A stretch of 64,000 bases of DNA from an uncultured Collinsella sp. (GTDB taxonomy: Bacteria; Actinomycetota; Coriobacteriia; Coriobacteriales; Coriobacteriaceae), in the NCBI GenBank assembly GCA_938005465.1, contig CALLNU010000019.1, forward strand, positions 85,917 through 149,916, written 5' to 3'. Below are positions 33,032-43,487 of this stretch, piece by piece (the stretch's first letter is position 1; every line of letters begins with the position of its first letter). The position numbers and the translations under genes are program-made. The notes below the pieces were generated by a model that ran no database searches, was not told the DNA's origin, and was given only the letters and a program-made list of their open reading frames with translations.

Positions 33032-35812
33032 TTATGCCTCACCTCCTTTGGAGTGCTTGCCAAGCGGGGTGGTATCTCCATCATTTGTGGCTGTGCTGTC
33101 GCTGCCCTGAGATTTATGGTGCGAGCCTATATGCGGCAAGCGGCCCGTGGACTGATCGCCACCCTTGGCATCACGCTCGCTGGCGTTGAGGCCAAACATG
33201 CGGCGGGCGGCAGGAATGGCGGCCGTGTGCTCGCGCATCTCGCGACGCAGGTCCTCATCGGAAAGCGCCGAGATGCGCATCTGGGTATTGAGGCTCGCGC
33301 GGATATATTCGATATTGATAAGCCAGCCGCAGATGGCAATAACCGAGATGATCCAAATGACAAGCAGGATGATCTTGCCGTTATTGTCGATATCGAGAAC
33401 CGTCGACAGGACAAAGAGCAGGACCTGAACGCCCACCACGGCGGCAAAACCGCCCTTGATGTAGTACGGGTAGCGATGTTCAAAGGCGACCGCATGATCG
33501 AGCAGTTCGCGACGGTAGGAATCGGAATCGAGCACGACGCGCATGGCCGTTCGCAAGGAGTAGCGCTCGCGCGGCAGGTCGTTAGACTCGCAAATCATCA
33601 TACCGGTCGTGGAAAGCTGTTTATCAAAGAGCAGGTTGAGATTGAGCAGCAGCGGACGCAGCTGCAGGCCGATAAAGAGCGCCACGATCAAGAACACGCC
33701 CAGAATGCACAGGTTAAACAGGTAGTTGAACGAATACATGCCGCCGACCGTCTCACGCAGCAGATTGATGCCATAGGTAAAGGGCAGCAGCGGGTGCAGC
33801 CACTGGAAGAAGCCGGGCATCATCTCGATGGGGTACATGCCCGACGAACCCGGGATCTGCACGATGACAAGAATGACGCCAATTGCCTTGCCGATATGCT
33901 TAAACGTAGTGGACAACGCGTAAATGATGTTGACGTACGTAAATGAGATGGCGATGCCGCCCAGCACAAATAGGAGCGGACTGACGCACTGTACACCAAT
34001 GACAAGATCTCCCACCGTAACGATAATGGCCTGCAACGCGCCCAGGATCACCAGGAGCAACCAGCGGCCAAAGTAGCCCTGACGCGCGGTAAAGCTGCCA
34101 ACGCCTTCGCGATCGACCTCGAGCTTGTAAATGGCGATGAGCACGTAGCCGCCCACCCAAAGCGCCAGATTGGTGTAGAAAGGAGCAATGCCCGAGCCGA
34201 AGCTCTTAACCGGATAGATCGACTTGGAGGTCAGCTCGACCGGAGATGCCATGAAGTCAGCAACGTCATCGACGTCGACGCCCATCAGGTCGGCCAGCTC
34301 GCCCATGGACTCGGAGGTCTGCAGCGCCGCGATGTCGTTGGCGGCGGTGGCGAGCTTGTCCTGGACCTTGGCAAGCGAGGCGTCGGTCTGGGACAGCGTG
34401 GTCTTGGCCTGACCGAGCGTAGCGTTGAGTTGCGAAAGTGTACCGCGCGCACTTGCAATAGTAGGCGTGAGGCCAGACACGATTCCCGTCAGATCACCCG
34501 AGACGGCGGCAAATGAATCAAGCGCGCTCGAGGCCTTCGGCAGCGCGTTTTGACCCAGGTCCGTCTGGGCCTGGCCAAGGTTGGTCGCACCGGTCTGGAT
34601 TGCGTTATTGATAGCGTCGCTGGCACCCGAGACAGCCGCGGCGTCATTCGCCATGGCGCTCGACTGTGCAGACAGACCGTCCTTGATGCTCTGAAGCTTT
34701 TCATTCTGCTTGCGGAGCAAATCGATGGTCGATACAATGCGCGCGTCAATTTCCTTGGAACCTGTCGACGTGTCATTGACGAGAATTTCCAAGTGCCCGA
34801 TAACGGCCTTATTGTGGTCGATCGTCGCCTGGAGAGACTCGAGCGAGTTGTCGATGCGGGTGGTCGTAGATGTGATCGTGCCCGTCAGCTTGCCAATCGC
34901 AGCGTTCGCGGAGGCTGACGTCTTGGTGAGCGCAAGGCTGCCTTCCGAGAGCGCCTTGGAGAGCGAGGCGACAGAGTTACCCGCCGTGGCGCGAGCCTCG
35001 CCCAGCAGGTCGTTGCCCTGGGAGATCGCCTGCGTCAGCGACGGCGCCTGACCCTGCAGACCGGCAAGTGCTGCATCTGCCGAGGCAATGGAACCACTCG
35101 TCTTATCGATGGCGGCATTCATGTCGTCAATCGAATCGCGCACTTCGCCCAACGTATCAGAAGCCTCTGATACCGAACCGGCCAACGAATCCTGAGCCTG
35201 GGTTGCCTTGTCCTTTAAATCGACTCCGGCATCCTTGGCAATACTGGCAACGGTCTCACCCACCGTGGAGACGAACTCCGAGTTAATCTGCTGCTCGATG
35301 GTGTTTGCACCGGTGTCGGTAACCTTGGGTGCAATAGCGCTCTTTTTCTCATTGACGTAGTACGTGAGCTTGGGCTGATGGTAGTTGCCGTCGAGCATCG
35401 AAACCAGGTTATCCGAGAAGTTCTTGGGAATCACGATAGCGGCATAGTACTCGCCGCTCTCGACGCCCTCCTTGGCATCGGCCGTCGAGTCGACGAACGT
35501 CCAGCCCAACTGATGATTCTCCTTGAGCTGGTCGACCACTTTGTCGCCAGCGTTGAGCTCACCCACCAAGTCGTTTTGGGTGCCTCGATCGTTGTTGGCG
35601 ATAGCAATCTTGATGCCTTGGGTGTTTCCATACGGATCCCAGTTTGCCACGATGTTATACCAGGCATACAGCGAGGGAATAACGCACACGCCTAGGGTAA
35701 CCACCAGGGCGACGGGGTTCACAAGCAGTCGCTTAATGTCGCGCTTAAAGATCGCAAAGGACACCTTTGCATTGGATAGTTTGCTGCCGAGACTCACGCT
35801 TGGACCATCCAT
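33032..35812 (-). CDS. YhgE/Pip domain-containing membrane protein (longer paralog)
   Basis: LYAWYNIVANWDPYGNT, YYVNEKKSAIAPKVTD, FGSGIAPFYTNL, QIPGSSGMYPIE; start uncertain (35812-35881). Confidence 0.9.
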   Translation of the reverse strand: MDGPSVSLGSKLSNAKVSFAIFKRDIKRLLVNPVALVVTLGVCVIPSLYAWYNIVANWDPYGNTQGIKIAIANNDRGTQNDLVGELNAGDKVVDQLKENHQLGWTFVDSTADAKEGVESGEYYAAIVIPKNFSDNLVSMLDGNYHQPKLTYYVNEKKSAIAPKVTDTGANTIEQQINSEFVSTVGETVASIAKDAGVDLKDKATQAQDSLAGSVSEASDTLGEVRDSIDDMNAAIDKTSGSIASADAALAGLQGQAPSLTQAISQGNDLLGEARATAGNSVASLSKALSEGSLALTKTSASANAAIGKLTGTITSTTTRIDNSLESLQATIDHNKAVIGHLEILVNDTSTGSKEIDARIVSTIDLLRKQNEKLQSIKDGLSAQSSAMANDAAAVSGASDAINNAIQTGATNLGQAQTDLGQNALPKASSALDSFAAVSGDLTGIVSGLTPTIASARGTLSQLNATLGQAKTTLSQTDASLAKVQDKLATAANDIAALQTSESMGELADLMGVDVDDVADFMASPVELTSKSIYPVKSFGSGIAPFYTNLALWVGGYVLIAIYKLEVDREGVGSFTARQGYFGRWLLLVILGALQAIIVTVGDLVIGVQCVSPLLFVLGGIAISFTYVNIIYALSTTFKHIGKAIGVILVIVQIPGSSGMYPIEMMPGFFQWLHPLLPFTYGINLLRETVGGMYSFNYLFNLCILGVFLIVALFIGLQLRPLLLNLNLLFDKQLSTTGMMICESNDLPRERYSLRTAMRVVLDSDSYRRELLDHAVAFEHRYPYYIKGGFAAVVGVQVLLFVLSTVLDIDNNGKIILLVIWIISVIAICGWLINIEYIRASLNTQMRISALSDEDLRREMREHTAAIPAARRMFGLNASERDAKGGDQSTGRLPHIGSHHKSQGSDSTATNDGDTTPLGKHSKGGEA

Positions 35813-35998
35813 CCTGTCGTTAAATCGAATCGTACTATCGACAACCATTGTACGTAGGCGCTTTAGCGTCTCGGAGCACAATGGTATTGACTTTTGCGGG
35901 TAGCAATATACTACGAAGATGAGTTAGCGTACAGTTGTACAGTATCCTAAATTTCAGCAGGTCACAAAACCACAACCCGCACAAATTAGCAATTCAAA

Positions 35999-36054
35999 TA
36001 GTCATCGGGGACGTTCTTAAACGACTAGTCAAACAAAAACGTCCCCAATGACTA
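35999..36054. repeat. REP-like palindrome (GGGGACG type)
   Basis: tagtcatcggggacgtt / aacgtccccaatgacta (16/17) with central gactagtc. Confidence 0.7.
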
Positions 36055-36096
36055 GTTTGGACCACGGTAACGTCGACGTTTTGGCAATGCCAGCGA

Positions 36097-36197
36097 GCGG
36101 GCGCCAGAGCGAACAAATTGGCATGAAAAGAGGACGGCATAGACCTTCTGGTCATGCCGTCCTCTTTGAATGACAAGTTGTCGCTCTGGCGCCCGCG
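36097..36197 (-). terminator. Nested long hairpin downstream of htpG, including a terminator stem
   Basis: gcgggcgccagagcga / tcgctctggcgcccgc enclosing aaagaggacggcat / atgccgtcctcttt. Confidence 0.7.
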
Positions 36198-36239
36198 CAG
36201 CGTCGACCGGTCCGCCGTTCGTTAGAACGGCGGAACCAA

Positions 36240-38264
36240 TTACATTAGTTCACATACAGCTGCGGCGAAGGCAACGGGGTCCTCGGGGAGGATGCCCTCG
36301 ACCAGCAGGGCCTGGTCATAGAGCAGACCGGAGTACTGCTTGATCTTGTCGGCGTCGCCTGCCTTCTGGGCAGAGACAAGCTTGTCAAAGACCGGGTGCT
36401 TGGCGTTGAGCTCGAGCACGCGCTGGCTCTTGGGCATGCCGTCGGGCGCGCCCTCGGGTCCCTTCTGGAGCACCTTCTCCATCTCGAGCGATAGCGGGCC
36501 CTCGGTGGTGATGCAAGCGGGGGCATCGGTCAGGCGTGCGGAGACGGCAACTTTCTCGACCTTGTCACCGAGTGCCTCCTTCATAGCGCTAAAGAGGTCC
36601 TCGTTCTCCTTGGTGGCGTCCTCGGCCTCCTTTTTCTCGTCCTCGGTCGCCAGGTCAAGATCACCGGTTGCGACGTTCTTGAGCTCCAGGTGACGATCCT
36701 CAACCTCGGGCTCGGCGCCATCGGCCACGGCCTTCTCGGCAGCCTCGCGGGCAGCATCGTCCTCGTAGATCTTGGGCATATCGGCGGCAACGTACTCACG
36801 CATAGCCTGGAACGTGAACTCATCCACGTCCTGCGTCAGCAGCAGCACGTCATAGCCGCGGTCGAGCACGCCCTTTACCACGGGCATCTTGGCCAAGCGC
36901 TCACGCGAGTCGCCGGCGGCGTAGTAGATGGCCTTCTGATCCTCGGGCATGCCCTTGGCATACTCGGCCAGGGTAATCATCTTCTGTTCCTTGGCAGACC
37001 AGAACAGCAACAGATCGGCGAGCTCATCGGCCTTCATGCCATAGCTCGAGTAGATGCCGTACTTAAGACCGCGGCCAAAGTTCTCAAAGAACTTCTCGTA
37101 GGCCTCGCGGTCGTTGTCACGCATATCCTCAAGGTCGGCGGTGATCTTCTTTTCCACACGCTTGGCGATGGCCTTGAGCTGACGGTTCTGCTGCAGCGTC
37201 TCACGCGAGATGTTGAGCGACACATCGGCGGAATCCACGACGCCGCGGACAAAGTTGTAGTAGTCGGGCAGCAGGTCGTCGCACTTCTCCATAATCAGAA
37301 CGTTGGAGCTGTAGAGTGCCAGACCCTTCTCGTAATCCTTGCTGTACAGATCGAACGGCGCGCGGCCCGGCACAAACAGCAGGGCATCGTACTCGAGCGT
37401 GCCCTCGGCATGGAAGCTGATGGTGCGCGCAGGATCGTCAAAGTCGTGGAACGTGGACTTGTAGAACTCGTCGTAGTCCTTCTGCTCGACATCGGAGCTG
37501 CGCTTCTTCCAGATCGGTGTCATGGAATTGACGGTCTCGAGCTCCTGGTAGTCCTCGTACTCGGGCTTGTAATCGTCGCCGGCGTCCTCGGGCTTGGGTT
37601 TCTGGCGGCTCTTGGACACCATCATCTGAATCGGGTAGCGCACATAGTTGCTGTACTGCTGAATCAGGCTCTTGAGACCCCACTCGGTCAGGAAGCGATC
37701 GTAGGTCTCGGCCTCGCCGTCGGCATCGAGCTTCTCGTTCTCGCGCAGCGTCAGGATGACATCGGTACCGTGCTCGGCGCGCTCACCGTCCTCGATGGTG
37801 TAGCCCTCAAGACCGTCGGATTCCCACACATGGGCGACATCCTCGCCATAGGCGCGGCTGACGACCTTCACATGGCTGGCAACCATAAAGGCAGAGTAGA
37901 AGCCCACGCCAAACTGGCCGATGATGTCGACATCGGAGCCCTGCTGCTCGGCGTTCTCGGTCTTAAACTCCTCGGAGCCGGAATGGGCGATGGTGCCCAG
38001 ATTGCGCTCGAGCTCCTCGGCGGTCATGCCAATGCCGTTATCCGAGATGGTAATGGTGCGGGCGTCTTTATCAAAGGAGACGCGAATGGCCAGGTCGCCC
38101 TGGTTGATCTTGACGCTCGGATCCTGCAGGCTCTTAAAGTTGAGCTTGTCGACGGCGTCGCTCGCGTTAGAGATAAGCTCGCGCAGGAAGATTTCCTTAT
38201 TGGTGTAGATGGAGTTGATCATGAGGTCGAGCAGTTTTTTGCTCTCGGTCTTAAATTGACGCAT
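36240..38264 (-). CDS. htpG: Molecular chaperone HtpG (Hsp90)
   Basis: IYTNKEIFLRELISNASDA, DNGIGM, IGQFGVGFYS, LNISRETLQ. Confidence 0.97.
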   Translation of the reverse strand: MRQFKTESKKLLDLMINSIYTNKEIFLRELISNASDAVDKLNFKSLQDPSVKINQGDLAIRVSFDKDARTITISDNGIGMTAEELERNLGTIAHSGSEEFKTENAEQQGSDVDIIGQFGVGFYSAFMVASHVKVVSRAYGEDVAHVWESDGLEGYTIEDGERAEHGTDVILTLRENEKLDADGEAETYDRFLTEWGLKSLIQQYSNYVRYPIQMMVSKSRQKPKPEDAGDDYKPEYEDYQELETVNSMTPIWKKRSSDVEQKDYDEFYKSTFHDFDDPARTISFHAEGTLEYDALLFVPGRAPFDLYSKDYEKGLALYSSNVLIMEKCDDLLPDYYNFVRGVVDSADVSLNISRETLQQNRQLKAIAKRVEKKITADLEDMRDNDREAYEKFFENFGRGLKYGIYSSYGMKADELADLLLFWSAKEQKMITLAEYAKGMPEDQKAIYYAAGDSRERLAKMPVVKGVLDRGYDVLLLTQDVDEFTFQAMREYVAADMPKIYEDDAAREAAEKAVADGAEPEVEDRHLELKNVATGDLDLATEDEKKEAEDATKENEDLFSAMKEALGDKVEKVAVSARLTDAPACITTEGPLSLEMEKVLQKGPEGAPDGMPKSQRVLELNAKHPVFDKLVSAQKAGDADKIKQYSGLLYDQALLVEGILPEDPVAFAAAVCELM

Positions 38265-38466
38265 ATGCAGTCCTTTCGCGCTACCCCCGTCCGCAAAAAC
38301 GGCCCGGTTGCCCGAGCCGCATCGCAGACCTGCTATGTTCAGACTTAGATTTTATAACCCATTAGCGCGCATATATACATACGGAATCGAAAAACTGTAT
38401 GTCTAAGCGCTCCGATGCGCCAATTGCCAAGGAGTGTCCCCGACTGCCGGCAGAAAAGGAACGTCC

Positions 38467-38967
38467 CTATCTGCCATCTACGCGCTTGGCCATCCAGACA
38501 TGGGGCTGGCCCTCGTCTTCGTGATCTACCGGGGCAATTTGCGTGTAGCCCGCCTTTGCATAGAGCGGCAACACGTATTCCTGCGCATGCAGCTTAATAA
38601 GCTTAGCGCCGGCATCGCGTGCACACGAAGCACTGGCCTCGACGATCGCACTCGCCAGTCCGCGACGACGCATAGCCGGCAGCACGGCGACGCGCCCCAT
38701 AATGTAGGCCTCCCCCGCCGCAACGCCTTCGTCCATGTCGCATGCCGGCAACACCGGGGCCCCTGCGTCAGCCACGCGCTCAAGCTCTTCGGGAAACACG
38801 CGCGAGCAACCGGCAAGCTCGCCGTCTACATAGAGCGTCACATGAATGCAGTTTGGATCCTCGTCGATAGCGTCGAACTCATTCTCGTAGCCCTGCTCGT
38901 CCATAAAAACGACGCGGCGCACCAACGCCGCGTCATCAAAGCATCCCGTCTTAAGTTGGATATCCAT
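38467..38967 (-). CDS. GNAT family N-acetyltransferase (ElaA/YjcF-like)
   Basis: VRRVVFMDEQG, GRVAVLPAMRRRGLA, LHAQ..LYAKAGY, PHVWM. Confidence 0.88.
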   Translation of the reverse strand: MDIQLKTGCFDDAALVRRVVFMDEQGYENEFDAIDEDPNCIHVTLYVDGELAGCSRVFPEELERVADAGAPVLPACDMDEGVAAGEAYIMGRVAVLPAMRRRGLASAIVEASASCARDAGAKLIKLHAQEYVLPLYAKAGYTQIAPVDHEDEGQPHVWMAKRVDGR

Positions 38968-39006
38968 GGCTGCCCTTTCATTCAATGCGAACGTTAGGGA
39001 CAGATA

Positions 39007-39657
39007 TTAGCGAAAATGAGCTCCGCGCACGCTAAACTTCGCGCGAGCCTTCGCCAGGCAGTCGTAATGACCCACGTTATGGGCATCGCTCGCGATGAAG
39101 CTGTACAGGTTCTGATCGAACAGGCGCTGTGCCGGCTTTTTCTCGCGACCAAAGCGACCGCCGGCAATAAAGTCCGCCGAAGCCTGCAGCTTGCAGCCCA
39201 TATCGACCAGGCGCTCCGCCACGCTTACATCCTTTTGAACCGCACGATAGCGCTCAGGATGAGCGATGATCACCTGGTAGCCACGGCACTGCAAATCGTA
39301 AATCGTGTTCTCGTACTCTCTAAACGCATACGCATCGGCATGCGTCGAAAGCTCGAGCAGAAACTCGTTGGTCCCATCGAAATGCAAGTGCTCCGCGGCA
39401 TCGATACCAAGCTCAACGAGCTTTCGATGGTTGACCTCGAAGCCCATCTGGAGCGGAAAGCCGTCAGCGTTATCACGCAGCAGCTCAAAGGCATCCCACA
39501 TCTTGTCGTAATCAAAATAGGGATCACGGCAGTGAGGAGTGCAAACGATTCTGGTTACACCGGCCCGCTTGGCAGCCTCGAGCATCGCCAAGCTCTCATC
39601 GAGATCGGCGGCGCCGTCGTCTACACCCGGCAAGATATGGCAATGAATGTCACGCAT
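39007..39657 (-). CDS. PHP-type tyrosine-protein phosphatase (CpsB/CapC)
   Basis: DIHCHILPGVDDGA, TPH, IAHPERY, ASDAH. Confidence 0.92.
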   Translation of the reverse strand: MRDIHCHILPGVDDGAADLDESLAMLEAAKRAGVTRIVCTPHCRDPYFDYDKMWDAFELLRDNADGFPLQMGFEVNHRKLVELGIDAAEHLHFDGTNEFLLELSTHADAYAFREYENTIYDLQCRGYQVIIAHPERYRAVQKDVSVAERLVDMGCKLQASADFIAGGRFGREKKPAQRLFDQNLYSFIASDAHNVGHYDCLAKARAKFSVRGAHFR

Positions 39658-39674
39658 AGGTCAGCCTTAATCAA

Positions 39675-40412
39675 CTAAACGTTTGCTCGGTTGGTGAAGA
39701 TGCCCTTTTTGGAAGTCCCCTGATCGTCGGAGCCCTTCTTCACCTTCTTACCGTCCTTGGTGTAGTAGGAGTAGTAGTACTCGCTGGTCTCGGTCTCGCA
39801 GTAGTTCATAACGGTACCAATGAGCTTGACCTTCTCGGACTTCTTAAGCTGACCGATGGCGTTGAGCGCCTCCTCGCGCTTGGTGAAATCCTCACGCACG
39901 ACAAAAAGCGCACCGTCGGTCAGACTTGCGATCTCGGCAGCATCGATGAAGGTGCCGACCGGGGGAGCATCAAAGATGACGTACTGGAACTTGGCGGACA
40001 GTGCCTTTACCAGCTTGGCAAAGCGGTGAGAGACGATGATGTCGGCAGGATTGGGAATATGCGGCTCGGCATCGAGGAAGTAGAAGTTCTTCTGACCCGT
40101 CTCGACAATCGCCTGGTCAATGGAGATCTGCTCGGAAAGGACCGCATAGAGTCCGCCGCGCGAACGAACGCCGAGCATATCGGAAAGAGACCTGCGGCGC
40201 ATATCGGCCTCGACCAGGAGCACGGACTTGCCGCTCGTGGCGATTGCCTGAGCAAGGTTAATGGAAACCGTAGACTTGCCCTCGTTGGGAATCGAGGACG
40301 TGACGGTAATGGTACGAATGGGGTCGTCCACGCTCGCAAAGCGGATGTTGGCCAGAAGGGTCTTGGCGGCATTCTGTACAACGAGCTTATCGGTGTTCTT
40401 TGCCTTAGCCAT
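39675..40412 (-). CDS. BY tyrosine kinase (CpsD/CapB)
   Basis: PNEGKST Walker A, EADMRR, FDAPP, C-terminal Tyr cluster EYYYSYY. Confidence 0.92.
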   Translation of the reverse strand: MAKAKNTDKLVVQNAAKTLLANIRFASVDDPIRTITVTSSIPNEGKSTVSINLAQAIATSGKSVLLVEADMRRRSLSDMLGVRSRGGLYAVLSEQISIDQAIVETGQKNFYFLDAEPHIPNPADIIVSHRFAKLVKALSAKFQYVIFDAPPVGTFIDAAEIASLTDGALFVVREDFTKREEALNAIGQLKKSEKVKLIGTVMNYCETETSEYYYSYYTKDGKKVKKGSDDQGTSKKGIFTNRANV

Positions 40413-40414
40413 GC

Positions 40415-41071
40415 CTATTTACCACCTTTCATAGCCGGAATTCGGCCAACAACGGGAATGCCCAGGAGCTCTTCTGCCTCTTCGGCACCGCGGATGCGGG
40501 TATTGAGCATGTCTGCCAAAACGACATAGGCAACTGCGATAAAGATACCGGCGAGGAACGCGACAGCAACGTACAACGTGCGCTTGGGGCCGCTGGGGAC
40601 TTCGGGAGTCTTAGCCTCGTCGATAACGTTGATGCTCTGGGCAGCGCCGACGTTCTGAGCGACCGTGCTCACCGAGCTGGCCATGGCCTTTGCGACCTTA
40701 GCCGTCTCCTTGGCATCGGTGCCGGTAACCGAAAGCGTAATGACACGCGTGGTGGTCTCGGAGGAAACAGACACCTTGTAGTCATCCAGATCGGTGAGGC
40801 CCAGTTCCTTGGCGGCGCCGCTCTTAACGCTATCGCTATCCAGCAGCGTGGCGATATCGTTGGAAAGCATCTGGCTCGCCGAGAGATCGTTGTAGCTCAT
40901 CTGACCGCTATCGTCGGTCTTGGCGAGAATGTACATGCTCGTCGTCGCGGTATAGGTGTTGTCCATCGCAACAAAGGACACGATGCCCATGGCGATCGCG
41001 CAGACCACCGGAAGGGTGATGACCAGCTGAAGGTGCTTTTTGAGCAGCTGGAACAGTTCGAGAAGGGTCAT
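40415..41071 (-). CDS. Polysaccharide co-polymerase/kinase activator (CpsC/YveK)
   Basis: Two TM helices, YTATTSMYI, VIDEAKTP..PSGP, LGIPVVGRIP. Confidence 0.9.
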   Translation of the reverse strand: MTLLELFQLLKKHLQLVITLPVVCAIAMGIVSFVAMDNTYTATTSMYILAKTDDSGQMSYNDLSASQMLSNDIATLLDSDSVKSGAAKELGLTDLDDYKVSVSSETTTRVITLSVTGTDAKETAKVAKAMASSVSTVAQNVGAAQSINVIDEAKTPEVPSGPKRTLYVAVAFLAGIFIAVAYVVLADMLNTRIRGAEEAEELLGIPVVGRIPAMKGGK

Positions 41072-41266
41072 GCAGCTTGCCTTTCATTTCCCCAGTTCGT
41101 ATTGACAAAACTGCCCGTATGTTATCGCATCTTTTTGCCGAGACCAAACTCTATACATAAGAAACAGGCTCTCCTGTAAAAATGTCGGAAGCAATCGTAA
41201 AATTGCACAACAACGCCGCACCCGAAAGTCAAATGCGGCGTCTACATCAATATCTATGTTGTATCG

Positions 41267-42691
41267 CTATGCGAATGGCTCGTCCTGCTGTATGGGAAAC
41301 GTCACCGTAATGGTGGTTCCCACGCCCAACTCGCTCGACAGATCGAGCGTGGCGTGATGATACAGGGCCGCATGCTTGACAATGGCAAGCCCCAGACCGG
41401 TTCCGCCGCGTGCCTTGGACCTACTCTTGTCCACGCGATAGAATCGTTCAAATACCTTGCCCTGTTCTTCAGGCGCGATACCGATTCCCGTGTCGGCGAC
41501 CGCAAGGAACGGATGGCCTTCGTCGTTGGTGCCGCACTGCAGCGTAACCGCACCGCCGGGTCGATTGTAGCGGATGGCGTTGCTTGCCAGATTATAGATG
41601 AGCTCGTCAATCAAGCGCGACACGCCTTCGATGACCACAGGCTTGGTCTCATGACTTATCGTCACATTCGCCTGACGGGCGACCTGTTCAAGACGCTGCT
41701 CAACCGCGTAGATGGCACGCGAGAGCTCAATAGGCTCCGTGGAACCAATGGGCACCGCCTCGCCCTCAGTTGCACGCTCGGCCTCGTCCAAGTTAGACAG
41801 CGTAAGGATATCGTTGACAAGCGCTGCCAAGCGGCCCGCCTCACGATAGATGCGACCGCCAAAGTTGCGCAGGTCGCCCTCGCCCTCGACCATGCCGTTT
41901 GCGATGAGCTCGGCATAGCCCGAAATCGCCGTAAGCGGCGTCTTGAGCTCATGGGTGATATTCGCCGTGAACTCGCGGCGCATACGGTCGTTGTCCGCCA
42001 GCACCGCCATTTGGCGCTTGAGCTCCTGGCGCTGCGACTCAATACGCTCAAGCATGGGGACCATCTCGGCATAGGCGTGCTCATAGCTACGGCGTGGGTG
42101 GTCCAAATCCACCTCTTGCAAAGGCGCGATGATGGCACGGGACTCGCGGCGCGCCATAAAAAACGAGAGTACCGCACCCGCTGCTGCGATAAGCAGCATC
42201 GGCGCCACCATCGACAGCAAAATCGCCGCAACGCCAGGCTGGGCCTGCGCCAAGCGGACAACCTGGCCGTTATCAAGGGCGACGGCGCGATACAGCATAA
42301 TCTCGTCGAGCGTAGAGCTTGCGCGCTCCGCGGAACCCGAACCACTCTCAAAGGCCTCGATGACCTCGGGACGATCGCCATGGTTGGGCAGTGTGGAAGG
42401 CGACGCCTCGTTGTCGTAGGCAACCGATCCATCCTTGTTAATCAGCGTGATGCGCAAGTCCTCTCGATCGAGGCTACGCAAGAACGGGATGGGCTCCTGC
42501 TGCTCGTCGAGGGCGGCAGCAATGAGCTCGGTTTCTTGCGCCAGGTTGGCACTCGTGGCATCCGCCAAGGTGTTTTGCACAAAGAACGCACCCAGCACCG
42601 TAAACGCCACGATAACCGCCATGGCGCAGACAAAGATCGTCACAAAAACGCGGTGCGACAGCGTATGTTTTCCCTGGGGGGCGAAGACCAC
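41267..42691 (-). CDS. Sensor histidine kinase (PhoR-like)
   Basis: RREFTANITHELKTPL, NAIRYN, DTGIGI, FERFYRVDKSRS, GGTGLGL. Confidence 0.9.
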   Translation of the reverse strand: MVFAPQGKHTLSHRVFVTIFVCAMAVIVAFTVLGAFFVQNTLADATSANLAQETELIAAALDEQQEPIPFLRSLDREDLRITLINKDGSVAYDNEASPSTLPNHGDRPEVIEAFESGSGSAERASSTLDEIMLYRAVALDNGQVVRLAQAQPGVAAILLSMVAPMLLIAAAGAVLSFFMARRESRAIIAPLQEVDLDHPRRSYEHAYAEMVPMLERIESQRQELKRQMAVLADNDRMRREFTANITHELKTPLTAISGYAELIANGMVEGEGDLRNFGGRIYREAGRLAALVNDILTLSNLDEAERATEGEAVPIGSTEPIELSRAIYAVEQRLEQVARQANVTISHETKPVVIEGVSRLIDELIYNLASNAIRYNRPGGAVTLQCGTNDEGHPFLAVADTGIGIAPEEQGKVFERFYRVDKSRSKARGGTGLGLAIVKHAALYHHATLDLSSELGVGTTITVTFPIQQDEPFA

Positions 42692-42694
42692 GGG

Positions 42695-43423
42695 TTACTC
42701 CTCCGATGCGGTGGCCGCGGTGTCGTCACCTTCGGCACCATCACCGGCAGAAGGCTCGGCCAAGCGGTAGCCCACGCCGCGCACGGTCTCGATGGCGCTG
42801 GCATGCTCGCCCAGTTTTTGGCGAAGCGTCTGCACGTGCACGTCAACGGTGCGCGAACCGCCGTCGAAGTCCCAGCCCCACACGCTCTGCAGCAACGACT
42901 CGCGGGTAAAGACCACGCCGGGCTTGCGCATGAGGTACTCGAGCAGGTCGAACTCGCGCAGGGTGAGCTTAAGCGACTCGCCGGCAACAGTCACCTCACG
43001 ATGGCTGGGCGAGAGCACAATGTCGCCCACGCTGAGCACATCGCTTGCCTGTTTGACCATGCCGCCGCGACGCAGCAGTGCGCGGCAGCGGCTGGCGAGC
43101 TCCATGAGCGAAAACGGCTTAGTCAGGTAATCGTCGGCACCGCCATCGAGCGCCATCACCTTGTCGAGCTCGGTATCCTTGGCGGTAAGCATCATGATGG
43201 GCACCGTCGCCGTCAGGCGATCGGCACGCAGTCGACGCATAATCGCCAAGCCATCGGTATCGGGCAGCATGATGTCGAGCAGGACGGCATCGGGTACCCG
43301 TCGCGCCACGGCAGCCTTAAACTCACCGTCGCACGAAAAGCCTTCGGCCTCAATCCCCTGCTTGCGCAGCGCATAGACCGTCAAATCCCTGATGTTGTCA
43401 TCGTCCTCGACGTAATAGATCAT
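42695..43423 (-). CDS. OmpR-family response regulator (PhoB/PhoP-like)
   Basis: VEDD, LDIMLP, GADDYLTKPF, SRTVDVHV, ETVRGVGY; adjacent to pstB. Confidence 0.92.
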   Translation of the reverse strand: MIYYVEDDDNIRDLTVYALRKQGIEAEGFSCDGEFKAAVARRVPDAVLLDIMLPDTDGLAIMRRLRADRLTATVPIMMLTAKDTELDKVMALDGGADDYLTKPFSLMELASRCRALLRRGGMVKQASDVLSVGDIVLSPSHREVTVAGESLKLTLREFDLLEYLMRKPGVVFTRESLLQSVWGWDFDGGSRTVDVHVQTLRQKLGEHASAIETVRGVGYRLAEPSAGDGAEGDDTAATASEE

Positions 43424-43487
43424 GTTGAACCCCTTTGCGGCCGGCATGACCGCATCTTAACCCTAAAGGTACCTTTACTAGATGGTA

